DNA from: Azolla caroliniana
Taxonomy: Eukaryota; Plantae; Polypodiophyta
Length of the DNA stretch: 64,000 nucleotides
Assembly (NCBI GenBank): GCA_043228905.1
Contig: JBHGNT010000021.1
Span: forward strand, 1,674,001-1,738,000
Direction of reading: 5' to 3'
A model generated the notes under the pieces. The model was not told the origin of the DNA. It saw only the letters and a program-made list of their open reading frames with translations, and searched no databases. How positions within the stretch are numbered: the first letter of the stretch is position 1; every line of letters starts with the position of its first letter. The translations under genes and the position numbers were made by a program. Shown here piece after piece: positions 37,015 through 47,613 of this stretch.

Positions 37015-40000
37015 TCCGCCCCCACCTAACCGCGCATCCACCGGTATGCGCCAAAATTGGTTTCTGGTTGGAGAAAACCGGTCTGGGTTTCGTTTCTTTG
37101 TCCATCGGTTCGCCCTCCGTTTCGGACTGTTCGTCTTCGCTGTCTAGGCCTCTTAGATCCGGTTCGTCGTCGTGGCGTTTCTTGAACGCTTTGACCCGCT
37201 TCCCTGCTATCGGCATCGCCATCCTCATACCGTCGAGTTCCGCCAGGTGATACGTCTCGTTGTCGTTGGCGCTCGTTACCACGTAAGGCCCGAACCACCG
37301 CTTCGCGAACTTCCGTGTTGCTCGGTGCTGGTTGTCGAGGCTGCTGTCGTAGACTAGCACCCAGTCGCCTTCCTCGATTTTCTTTGGTCGGAGCCGGTGC
37401 GTCCGGTCGAACCGGGCTTTGTTCTTCATCCTCATGCCCGGACTGGCGCTTTGACGATTGGCCCGTGCCCGTGCTCTACCTTCCCGTTTGCCTCCGGATT
37501 GTACGTTGTGGTGAGCGAGAGCTTAACCCCTAACCGGTTGAACAGTCCTCGGCCTCTTCGGCGTCCAACTCCCCGCGGTCAGCCACGATCTTTCCGACGC
37601 ACCCGTACCGGCATATCACGTCCTCGATCAGGAACCGACACACGGCCGCGATCGTTTTGTTCTGCAGGGCTCGGCCTTCCACCTGGTTCGTCAGGTCCTC
37701 CCGGGCCAGCACTAGATATCGCATCTGCCCTACGCCCATCGGCATCGTCACTATATCTACCATCCATTTGAAGTGGATGGCCAGAGGGTATGTGGGGTGA
37801 AGCTCATCCCGATATCAGACTATGGAGTGCACTTGACAACTCTCACAAGTTGTCACGAACCGATGCACGTCCCGGTACAGTACCGACCACCAGTACTTCC
37901 CCTTCAGCTTCTCGAACGTGGCCCACGTCCCACGGTGCCCAGCCCAGGGGCTGTCGTGGTAGGCCTTCAGCAATGCCTCCTGTTCCTCCTTCATCGCCAT
38001 TACTCAGAGCGGGATGCCGTTCCTCTTCTTCGGATGCTTCCACAAGTATCCGTCCCGGAGAAAGAACCGGTACGCTTTCTTCCGGATCTGGTTGGCCTCA
38101 TCCCTTGTCCACGATGCGTCCGGCATCATTGTCCTTAAGAATCCCCCAATCTGCAGCCACTCCCCGTCGTACTTGCTCTCGTTGAAATCGTTAAGCGCCG
38201 GAGTGCTCCCCCCCTTTGTTGTTACGTAAGCCGCCTCGAAGAAGTCCACGCCGACTTCCTCGTCCTCCGAAACCATGCCACCCTCGTCATTGAATCACGC
38301 CCTCGAAAGCATGTCAGCCATGGCATTGTCTTTCCCGGAAACGTGTCGTATTTCCGGATCCAGGGACTTGATGTACGCTATCCACCTGAGCATCGCCAGG
38401 TCCGGGGTTGCGCATCCGGAAACCATGCCGAGAATCGGCAGGCAGTCCGTCTCGATAATCACCTCTGTCCCAATCAGATAGTCTTTATCGGCCTTTACCG
38501 CCGAAACGATACCCCAGAGTTCGCGTTTAACCTGGGCGTATCCTCGTTGTCGCTCGTTGAGGACCTTCGCGCCGAACCGGATTGGGAACCGGATGTCGTC
38601 CTCGTCTTCTTGGTTGACGACCCATCCGATCCTAGTCGGACTCGTATCTACCGTTATGTAGACGGGAGTGCCTTTCTCGTAGACAGCCTTCCGGAGTGCC
38701 GGAGCCGTAGCAAGAGCCTCCTTCATCTTTCACACCGTCTCCGTATGCTCGTCTCGCCATTCGAATTTTCGCCCCTTCTTTAGCAACCCGTATAGCGGCT
38801 CGACAACGTGGGCGTAATGTGGGATCCATATGTGGTAGAACGCGCATGCTCCCAAGAACCTCCGTACCTCCGTGACCGAGTTACAGTCGGGCTTCATTGC
38901 GGAGATGGCTTCCACCTTTGTTGGAGACGGCTTCCGGCCATACGGTCCGCATAGATGTCCGACGACCATGATCTCTGATTGCCCGAAGGCCGATTTTTCC
39001 TCGGAGAAGGTGAGCCTCGCGTCCTCTAGCCTCTGCAGCACCCTCTCGCAGTCGTCAATGTGTGTCGCCACGAATTTCCGGCATCCGTCCGGTCCGATCG
39101 TTTCGTCCTTTTCCTCCACCGGACATCCCTTGATTGGGATGTCATCCAAGAATGGCATGGTGATGTCCGGGATACAATCCCTCAGCACCTTGTTCATCGC
39201 ATTCACCATGTGGGCCACCGAGTTCGTCCCTCCTTGTGGCAGGGTACACATCCGCACTAGGGTGAGAGGAGTCTGCATCGTCGTAATGTCTCTGCTTTCT
39301 ACGGCTAGTTGGAACTGATCGTACCCCGAGTACAGATCACCGACCGAGTAGATCGACCTTCCGGCGAAGGCCTCCGTGAACTCGTCTATCGTTGGTCCGA
39401 TGCCTGCGTTCTGAATGGTCACTCTGTTGACCGGTTGCAGGTCTTGAATGAAGCGCAACGCCCCGTTCTTCTTCGGTACGATAAACCACCGGTTCGAGTA
39501 CGGGGCACTCGACGGTTCGAGGATGCCCATATCAACTTTCTGCCTTAATAGCTCCATCAGCTCCGGGATGTGAGCTCTCGGTACCAAAATTGGTTTGAGA
39601 TTCCACGGCACATGCGGTACCGTGAATATCACCATCGGCTTCATGACTGCCGAGTCTACGCACCCGATCTCTCCCGGCGAGAATGCGAAGGCTTTCCCGT
39701 GCCTTCCGAGCATTCTCCGAAACCGGTCTTCTTTCGCCGGCAGTAGGAACCCGCCCCCACCGACCTTGAGCTCCCGTAGCGTTCTGTCGGTGAAGGCGTG
39801 CCCCTATGCAGGCCGGATCTCGTAAACTGGGGTCCGACGCGACCCCCTTGATTCGTAACTCGCTGCCCTCCGGTAAGGGTGCCACGACTGGCCTTACCTT
39901 CCGGTCCACAGTCTTGTACTTCGTGTTAACCCGGGCCATCCGATCCGACTCGAGCCCTCAACTGAAGTCCGCGATGACTTCATACATCTCTTCTGAACAA

Positions 40001-40805
40001 ACCGGTATCGTCCGGTTCTCTTTAAGGCCGTCTCCGACCACCTCTCGCAGTATTCCGAAGGTATCGCCGAAGGAGACCGCCTCCACGGCTCCGTTGATTT
40101 CCTCGTTGGGCCCGAGAACTCCGTACGGCCGAAGTCGCCTTTCCGCCCTTGTCTTTTCTCGACCTACGACGCCAACTATCGTACACCCTCCGTTGTCGGA
40201 GAAACAAAACTTCCTACTTATGGTACAAGGTTTCTTTGGTTTCTCTTCTATCGTACATTTGTGGGGTTTTCCCGGAGTGTCCGGACTGTCGCGGCCCCAC
40301 GCCTTGGCAGCCCTCTCTAAAAATCCTCTCGGTTCTCGCCACCGAGGGACTCGCGGTTTCGCTCGTGGTTCGGTCGCACCATCAGGAACTGGACCGAATG
40401 ACGCTCGTCCTGACTTTTGACCCTTGCTTAAGCCGACCCGTTGTCCAGCACCTTGGTCTCCATTTGCGCCGCCGTAATGTACGGTTCCCCTAGAATGACC
40501 GGGTGCGAGGACGTTTCCTGCACAAAGAAGTGTTGGTCTATTTCGACGTCGCCGAGCTTGACTCGCACGTTTGGGCAGGCCCCGTGTAGTTCCTCGGTGG
40601 CTCGCGTCGTTGCCCATATCTTCCACCCGTGCTTAGTGTTGATCGGCCATTTCCCCTTTTTGTAGAAGTCCATGGACATCAGGTTTATTTCCGAACCGTG
40701 GTCCACCAGTGCCACCACCGGTTCCTGAACATCTCCGATCTTCACCGGGGTTTCCGTGGTCGCTCGGGCCCAGTGTGGCCTCGAATAGTGGCTCTCCGCC
40801 CACTC
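37015..40805 (-). pseudogene. Gypsy pol pseudogene (PR-RT-RH-IN), frameshifted, internal integrase deletion
   Basis: Fragments 40428-40745, 38730-39713, 38295-38726, 38004-38276, 37815-38000, 37530-37763 and 37007-37435. The integrase core jumps from EANGKVEHGHGPIVKA.VRA straight to RMKNKARFD near 37435. Confidence 0.85.
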
Positions 40806-40816
40806 TCTCCGCCCAC

Positions 40817-43712
40817 ATATATTACAATAATAAGATACAATATTGGCATCGAGCCGGACCTAAGTATCTCAGGTTGCAACAGTCATCTACTGGCAAGCCG
40901 TCGGTCGGGGAACTCTCGGTCTTGTCGCGCCGAGCGGGGTCTTGCACAGAGGACGGGGCTGAAAACAGAAACACTAGATGTCCCCAGCTCGATACACAGA
41001 ACGATGAAGAGGAGGAAGTAGAGGAAAGAAGTAGAAACGAAACCCTAAACAAGAGGAAGAGAAAGAGAAAGAGATGACGTCTCTTAATCCAACGGTATAC
41101 CCTACGAATGCAAAAATGGGCAACCCCTTCACCAAGGGCGCTCCCTTCCTTTTATAGAACACAGAGAGGGATCCGTAGCATCGTGGGATAAATCCCTTAT
41201 TACATGGGATTCTTGCCCCGACTTGATTACCCTTCGGCGCCATAAAGGCGCCCTCGTTATTCACAATAAATATACAAAGGTGAGTGCACATGTTGCACCC
41301 CGCCGATGTAGCCAACATTTCCCGGTTTCCGCCTCTGGCCAAAATTCTTCACAACATCTGCCCCCACCAAACCACACATCCACCGGTACGTGCCAAATCC
41401 GGTGAAGGGTGAGAGATTTCGGCAGGTGAGAAACCGGTCTTCCGTAATCCGCATCCCGGCTTGCTCCCGGTTTGAATCGTCAACTTCTTCCTTCGCGCTT
41501 ACCTCCTCGTAGGCTCGTTCGACCCGTCGATGTGTCCTTCGGCGCGATCTCCGTAGTACGTGTACTTCTACTAGCCCTTGTTCGGCCGTATGCACGCTCA
41601 GCTCTCCGTCGTATGCTCGATGTCCTCCGCTTGAGGAACGCCCGTAGTGGCCCGCCTGGCCTCCATCGACCATTCGCGTGGTCCTGATTGTCGTCCCGCG
41701 TTGTTTCCCACTGCCTTCGTCCCCTCGCCGCCACCTTCCTTCTCCTTGGTCTTACATCACCACGTCGGCTCGGACCGCCAAGGTTTTCGGAACGGTGTGG
41801 AGAATCCTTCTCCGGTCTTCTACGCGTGACCTCCGAACTGTGCAACCCATTCTTCGCGCTCGCCTTTCTGCTCCGACACCTCCGTGTGCCGCATTCCGCT
41901 TCCTTTGTTCGGCACCGCCCGTGTCGAACATTGTCTCGTAGTCACGCTTCGATCCGGCCCGAAATGGCCACTTGCGAGACTCTTGTTCCATCCCAGGTGT
42001 GCCTTTCCAGCCCGACATACCTCCCAGTGTTTGCCCCTACCGGCTCCTTCCGAAACTGTAACCGGCCGGTAAGGGTTTCGCACTTCGTCCGCCCCTGTCT
42101 TACCGACTCCCGATCCGCTATCTCGTGTCGCCGGGTCCCGTTCCCTACCGCCACCGTCCTTCTCCCTAGGTCTCACGCCAACTCCCGTTAGCCGGCCGCC
42201 AGAGTCTCCGGATCGGGGTGAGGGTTCCATTGGACCGGACTCCGTTTCTCTGCTTGCCGAAATTCGGGTGTCTTTTGTCGAAGTCCTTCGCGACTCTCCT
42301 TGTGTCTTCTGCGTAGCTGGGTCCCGTTTCCCGCAGCCACCAACCTTCTCTCAAGGTCTCACGTTGTCACACTGGCCGAACTGCCGGAGTCTCCGGTCTG
42401 GTGTGGGGATCCCGTAGGACCGGACTTCCTTATGCCCGTGACCTTGCCGGTAGGTCCGATTCGGTTTGTAGCCGATTCGCCGGCCTAATACCTTCCTTCT
42501 CTACTTTCCGTCGTCCAATCACGTTCACGTGCTGCCACCATCCTTTCCTATAGGACTTACGTCGGCTCTCGGGCCGACCGCCGGATCGGTGTGAGGATCT
42601 TCGTGGGACCTCGGTTTGCCCGCCTTGCTACCGCCACTGTTCTTCCCTCTAGGTCTCACGCCGGCTCTTGTTGTCGGCCGTCGGAGTCTCTAGAACCGAT
42701 GTGTGTAAGGCCGTTTTAGCACCGCTCGCCGTCTTGTCATGTTCACCTGCCGCCATTGACCTGTCCTATAGGACTCTCCGTAGACCGCCCGTCCGTTGTT
42801 CTTTGCCTTCGTCCCCTCGCCGCCACCGATCGTCACTCTAGGTCTCACGCCGGCTCTCGGGCCGATCGTCGGAGTCTCTGGATTCGGTGTGAAGGATCCT
42901 CCTTGGGCTCGTCGTATATCTGACCCTTATCCCAGGTCTTCCTTCTTTCGCAAGCTGAGAGGGTGGCTCGCTCCACACCCTCTCTCGTGGTACCGCCGTA
43001 CCGTGTTCCTGGCCTCTCTCTCTTCTTCCGGATCAGTTATCCGGAAGTCCGTTCCGCCCCGTTCTCGTCCGGGTCCGCCCGTCATTCTTTGGATTGTCAG
43101 GTCCCGTTCTCCCGTCACCACCGATCTCTCCTATAGGACTCACGCCGACACTCAGGCCGACAGCCAGATCGGTGTGAGGATCTCCGTAGGACTGGTCTTC
43201 GTTCTCCTCTTCATCCTTTGTACTTCTCCCGAACTCGTTGTCGCTCTCCTCGCTGTGCTCCCGCCACCATCTTCCATCTCTTTCGATCTCACGTTGCCAC
43301 GCCGGCCGAACTGCCGAAGTCTCCGGATAGGATGTGGGGTATCCGTCCCGTAAAGATTTGTGGACGCTCGTTCGGGTAACCGCTCCCCAAGCACGTTTGG
43401 TCAAAAGCATCTGGACTTCGATCGATCAAGTGCCGCCTGCACTTGATTCTCCAATGTCCGGAGTTTCGGGCAGCGGTGTCCGAAACCTGCCGGTCTCTCT
43501 CCGCAACCTCGATCGCTAGCTTCCCGATTTGCGGCCTTTGCCTGGCCGGCTTGTGTCTTCATGTAAAAGAGGGCGATTTGTTTCGCACCTTCTTCCGCGC
43601 CGGCACTATTGTGCCGAACCGAGCCCTACCGATCGAGCTCTATAGCCCGTCCCTAGTCTTTCGCACCTTGGGCCGGTTTCGGTCGAGTCATCCACATCCG
43701 GATCACGCTCCA
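40817..43712 (-). mobile_element. Inserted 3' fragment of related non-autonomous gypsy (repeat-rich interior, PPT, truncated LTR 41356-40817)
   Basis: PPT ggtgggggcaga is followed by TGTTGTGAAG at 41356. The pre-PPT region resembles 37015-37085, and 42927-43005 matches 30750-30830. Bracketed by an 83-bp duplication. Confidence 0.75.
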
Positions 43713-45460
43713 TCCTGAACATCTCCGATCTTCACCGGGGTTTCCGTGGTCGCTCGGGCCCAGTGTGTCCTCGAATAGTGGCTCTCCGCCCACTCGTCTT
43801 CCAGCGCCATGTCCTCTATGTGCGTCGTCCGCACCTCCACCGGCCTTTCCGGTTCTGCCTCTGTCGACAACCTCTTCCTCTTCACCAAGTCCACGATGGA
43901 GTCGTGGAACTCCTTCTTGGCTATCCCGAGCACCTCTCGCAACGACAGTTCCACCTTGCTATCGAGGATTCGTTCTTCCAGGACCTTTCGTAGGTCCGTG
44001 GTCCTTTCAATCTCCGTGCCCTACCGGTATCCGCCCTTCTTGTGGTTATCCCGGGCACTGGACTCACCGGCCTCGATCCTTTTTGGCCCGAATCGGGTTT
44101 CGTATCTCTGTGAGGGTCCGGCCCCTCCGTTCTTTCCTACCCGTTTGTCTTCAACCAGAGCCTCGTAGTTTTGGCAAGCTGCTTCGACGAAACCCGTCTT
44201 TTCTTCGACCGGGTCACTCCATCCGGTTACCTCCTAGACCCGCTTCTCCGCGCGGTCCGCCTCGTCTCTCTTCAGTCGGGCACCGGCGAGGCCTTCCAGC
44301 ACCGTCGGCCAGAATTCGGCTTTGCTCTCCTTTAGGGCCCCACTGCCCCTGACCCGAATACTGGCTGACACTGAGTAGTGGACAGTCTCCGCGTGCCGGG
44401 CTGCCGCCTCTTCCATCAGCCTTTTCATCCCTCCTCTCCCGTCGTTTCGGTTCAGGGCCCTTCGAGTATCGCTGGCGTGCACCCGACCTTCCCACAGGTA
44501 CACTACCCGGCTTCTCAAAGCCTCCATAAATTCCCCGCAGTCTTTCCGGATGTGGCCGACCTCGTCGCACCACATGCACCTACTTCCTGCCGGAGGCCGT
44601 CGGTCACGAGCCTGATCGCCGCCTTCCCTCCGAGCCTGGGCGATCTGGAGATCCTTTACCGCTCGTGTCAACTCCTCCAGAGTTGTTCCCCCGGACGAGC
44701 CTCTGATCACGCCGGTCGAAGGCGAACCGGTTTCGAGCCACTCTCGGGTCTCTTCCCTTCGTGCCGGCGGTATCGGTTCGAGCTTCCTTGCTACGACAGG
44801 TCCCGCCCCGGTTGCCTCTGTATCAGCCCACTCCCACCGTTTGTTAAAACGGCCGCAGACTCTCTTTACTGCGGCCCAGTCGGTCGTCAGGCCGTCTTTG
44901 GTTTCCAGTAAGGAGCCAACTTGCCCCCGATCCCGTGCGTTGACCGATTTGACAAACAGTAGGACACGACTTGTGTCCAGAATAGTCCGATCGAGCACCG
45001 AAAGGCGCGCAAAGCGTTCCTCAAACTCCCGGAGGAGTACCGACGCATTTCTTCCTTTGTTGGGGGACTCCACCCACTCCATGAAGCTCCGCTTCGAAAG
45101 TCGAAGCGCGTCATCCAGCCCGTATTTCTCCAGGAGCCGTCCTTCGAACTCTTCCCAGGTCCGGCTCTCCGCCCGGACCTCGAGTACATCCGCATGGATG
45201 CCTGGCATCGCCACTCGAGAGAATCCGGCAAGACGCCTCTCTTCCGGAATATCCCTCATCAACATCTCCGCCCGATAGGACGCCAAATAACTCGTGGCAT
45301 CCTTTCCACTGAACCGGCCGATCATACCGACAATCGCCTCAATAGCCCTGTCAAGGGCGCCGGTGCCCTCGCGCGCACTCACTATCCGGTCCACGGCCGA
45401 AGCCATGGCCTCTGCAAGATCCGACCCCCTCATCTTATGCTCCTCTGCCGCCTGTTTCAC
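43713..45460 (-). pseudogene. Gypsy gag (with zinc knuckle) and start of protease region, frameshifted
   Basis: ORF 44234-45460 has GRFSGKDATSYL..Y.AEM and CX2CX4HX4C. ORF 43703-43954 ends in HWARATTETPVKIGDVQ. Confidence 0.85.
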
Positions 45461-46125
45461 GTCGGGTTCACCAAAGATGTCACGTTATTACGCGCGTGCG
45501 TGGAGAAACGAGGCGGGACCACCGGGGTCTTGAACCGAAGAGCAGGTGATAGAAGGGGAAAGAGAAGGAGAGAGACGCTCGGTCACGTATGAGCAAAGAA
45601 ACGCAGGGGCGTGGCCCGTCAACACAGAAGACGCGAATGGACACAGAGACAGGGAGAGACAAGTGTTTGTATATTAACGAATAACAAGTACACAGCAGAA
45701 CACGCGAGCGGTTACAACCGAACAGGCCGGCGAACAGATGATGATGCTTGTTCGTCTGCGCACGAAATGGGGATAGGATGGAGGTGCTGCCGGAAGCACA
45801 CGGGCGTTCCTCGAAGCAGCGCGAGCCTCCCGAAACCTGCAGAGAAGAGCAACAGAGAAAAGACAGGGGAGAAGCGTTCAGTTCCGGTCCGACAGCACTT
45901 CGTCCTCCTCAATGCGCGATCCCTTCTCCCTGCATCTCCCTCTCCTTTATAGCGTCAAGAAGGGAGCCGTCTCCCTCATTTACTTCCTACCTACCGAATC
46001 TAACTACCCCGGATCTCTCTCTGTACCTAATTCTCTATTATATACATTAAGAGCGCGCCCACGTGAAGGGCCGGTTCATGTGCGCTATTAACCGATTGCG
46101 CCAGGGGACGGTTTTCTTCACGACA

Positions 46126-46634
46126 CCAGATGACAAGTGCTCGGCAAGAGCCAGATGATGCAGGCCCGGTGAGGAGTGCTCACCGGATGAAGGGACATAT
46201 TCGTAAATATGTTTCCTGAGAGGCCATCGGGGCTATATTTGTAAATAGCCGAAAAGTCATATTAGTATAAATATGACTTAGGGCAAATTTAGAAAGAAGT
46301 TGTCATTCTTGTTGGCGCAAGATTAGAGCGCGCAACTGTGTACAGAGAGAGTGAGAGAGAGGAAGAGGTCGTTGCCTCTGTTGTAAATGCCGCCTGTGGC
46401 GAAGATAGCAAGCTCGAGGTCGTGGCCTCGGTGCTTTCTTATTGTACATTCTGATATAGTGATAGTTTGCGGTCTGTGGGCTGCCGTGGTTTTTCCCGAG
46501 TTTGGGTTTTCCACGTAAACATCCTGTGTACTCTTCTCTCTATCGTGTTGTGCTTTCATTCCCTGTTTTCTGTGTTTTATTCTAGGCTTGGTTGTGGCCG
46601 AGCGTTGTTAATTGGGAGCGTGCACTTCCTGACA
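46126..46634 (+). mobile_element. 3' half of an unrelated LTR
   Basis: TATA at ~46267, U5-type gtggtttttccc..gggttttccacgtaaac, ends TGACA at 46634. The 5' half is missing. Confidence 0.65.
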
Positions 46635-47613
46635 ATGGAGAGGTTATGAGGTATGAAAGTATGCATGTTTTTGACATGTTTTTCATTTTTCTTATGGACA
46701 CCTCGCTCTCACCTCGTTTCCTTCTTCTATTTCACGGTTCAGAATTAAAAATCTGGTCATTTGGCCTACAATTACATCATTGGCTCTTTGGATAATATGG
46801 AAAGCGAGATGTGATTCTATTTTTAACAATGCCCATATACAACTCAACACTATGCTTATTGAATTCTGGATGTTGTTTGTTCACACACTTCATGGCCAAT
46901 ATGATGATCTGCAGGGTTCAGATGATGTTTTGTGGCAACGGCAATTGGCCTTTAAGAACCGATGGCATGGACTCCAATTATTTTCAGAGACAACTGCTGG
47001 TCCAAAGTGAAATTATGCCATACCTTCGTTTATGTTGGATAGTGGATAGTAAGTATTGTTCTACTTGTTCATATATGACATCATCTGTATCATCAAATGT
47101 ACTAGCTTTTGTATCTTACAAAAAGAAGTGAGATGAAATGTCTCCTTCTGTTTTTCTTATGTATAATTTTCAAGTAATATACTAAGGTGTATCTTCCTTT
47201 AAAAAAAAAATTTAAAAACCTCAAATATGGCAATTCGTAAGTAGTATTACAATTTGGTATATTCAGAAGGCTTGATGTTTGAAGTTATTTCAAAATGTGA
47301 TTGAAAGACCTGCCCAAATGATTTCTGGGATTTGGACAAAGATTGTGCATAATCTCAAAGGTTTGTTGGATAGTATAAAAGGTAATACACACCAAGCAAA
47401 GCTTAAGCAATTGGGGTTTCATGTCATCTGGGACATAGGTATATTTTATAGATGGCCTTCTGATAAGGTGGAGTGGTTTTACTCTACACCAAAGTATTTA
47501 TTTAAGTTGATGGTTAGAATTTAGAAAAAAAAGGATATGTAGTACATCTTGTATGTATAGCGTTATGACGTTTTCTAATACTAACGTAGTATCCTTTTTT
47601 GGAGAAAAAAAAA
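46635..47613 (+). mobile_element. Two head-to-tail L1 LINE 3' ends with poly(A) tails
   Basis: ALWIIWKARCDSIFN..LHGQYDDLQGS (46780-47010) then poly(A) at ~47201-47210. A second unit WYIQKA*CLKLFQN..IWTKIVHNLKG..WFYSTPKYLF ends in an A-run at ~47605-47613. Confidence 0.7.

Larger units (their letters stand above)
30890..46125 (-). mobile_element. Ty3/gypsy LTR retrotransposon (defective, chimeric), tRNA-Trp primed
   Basis: 5' LTR 45478-46125. 3' LTR 30890-31026 + 36504-37014, split by the copia. PBS 45456-45473 is 18 nt complementary to the tRNA-Trp 3' end; PPT next to 37015. Domain order gag (CMWCDEVGHIRKDC), protease (ALVDHGSEINLM), RT (LPQG..FLDD), RNaseH, integrase (HHCC, GPY/F). Flanks cgcgg / ccaga do not match. 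Confidence 0.9.

Noticed and set aside
45456-45473. tRNA-Trp gene
   Set aside because: Only the 3' 18 nt including CCA match and they sit next to an LTR, so this is a primer-binding site.
36500-46050. Dozens of short overlapping ORFs in the gypsy region
   Set aside because: Expected from high GC content and few stop codons; they are shadows of gag/pol or LTR sequence.
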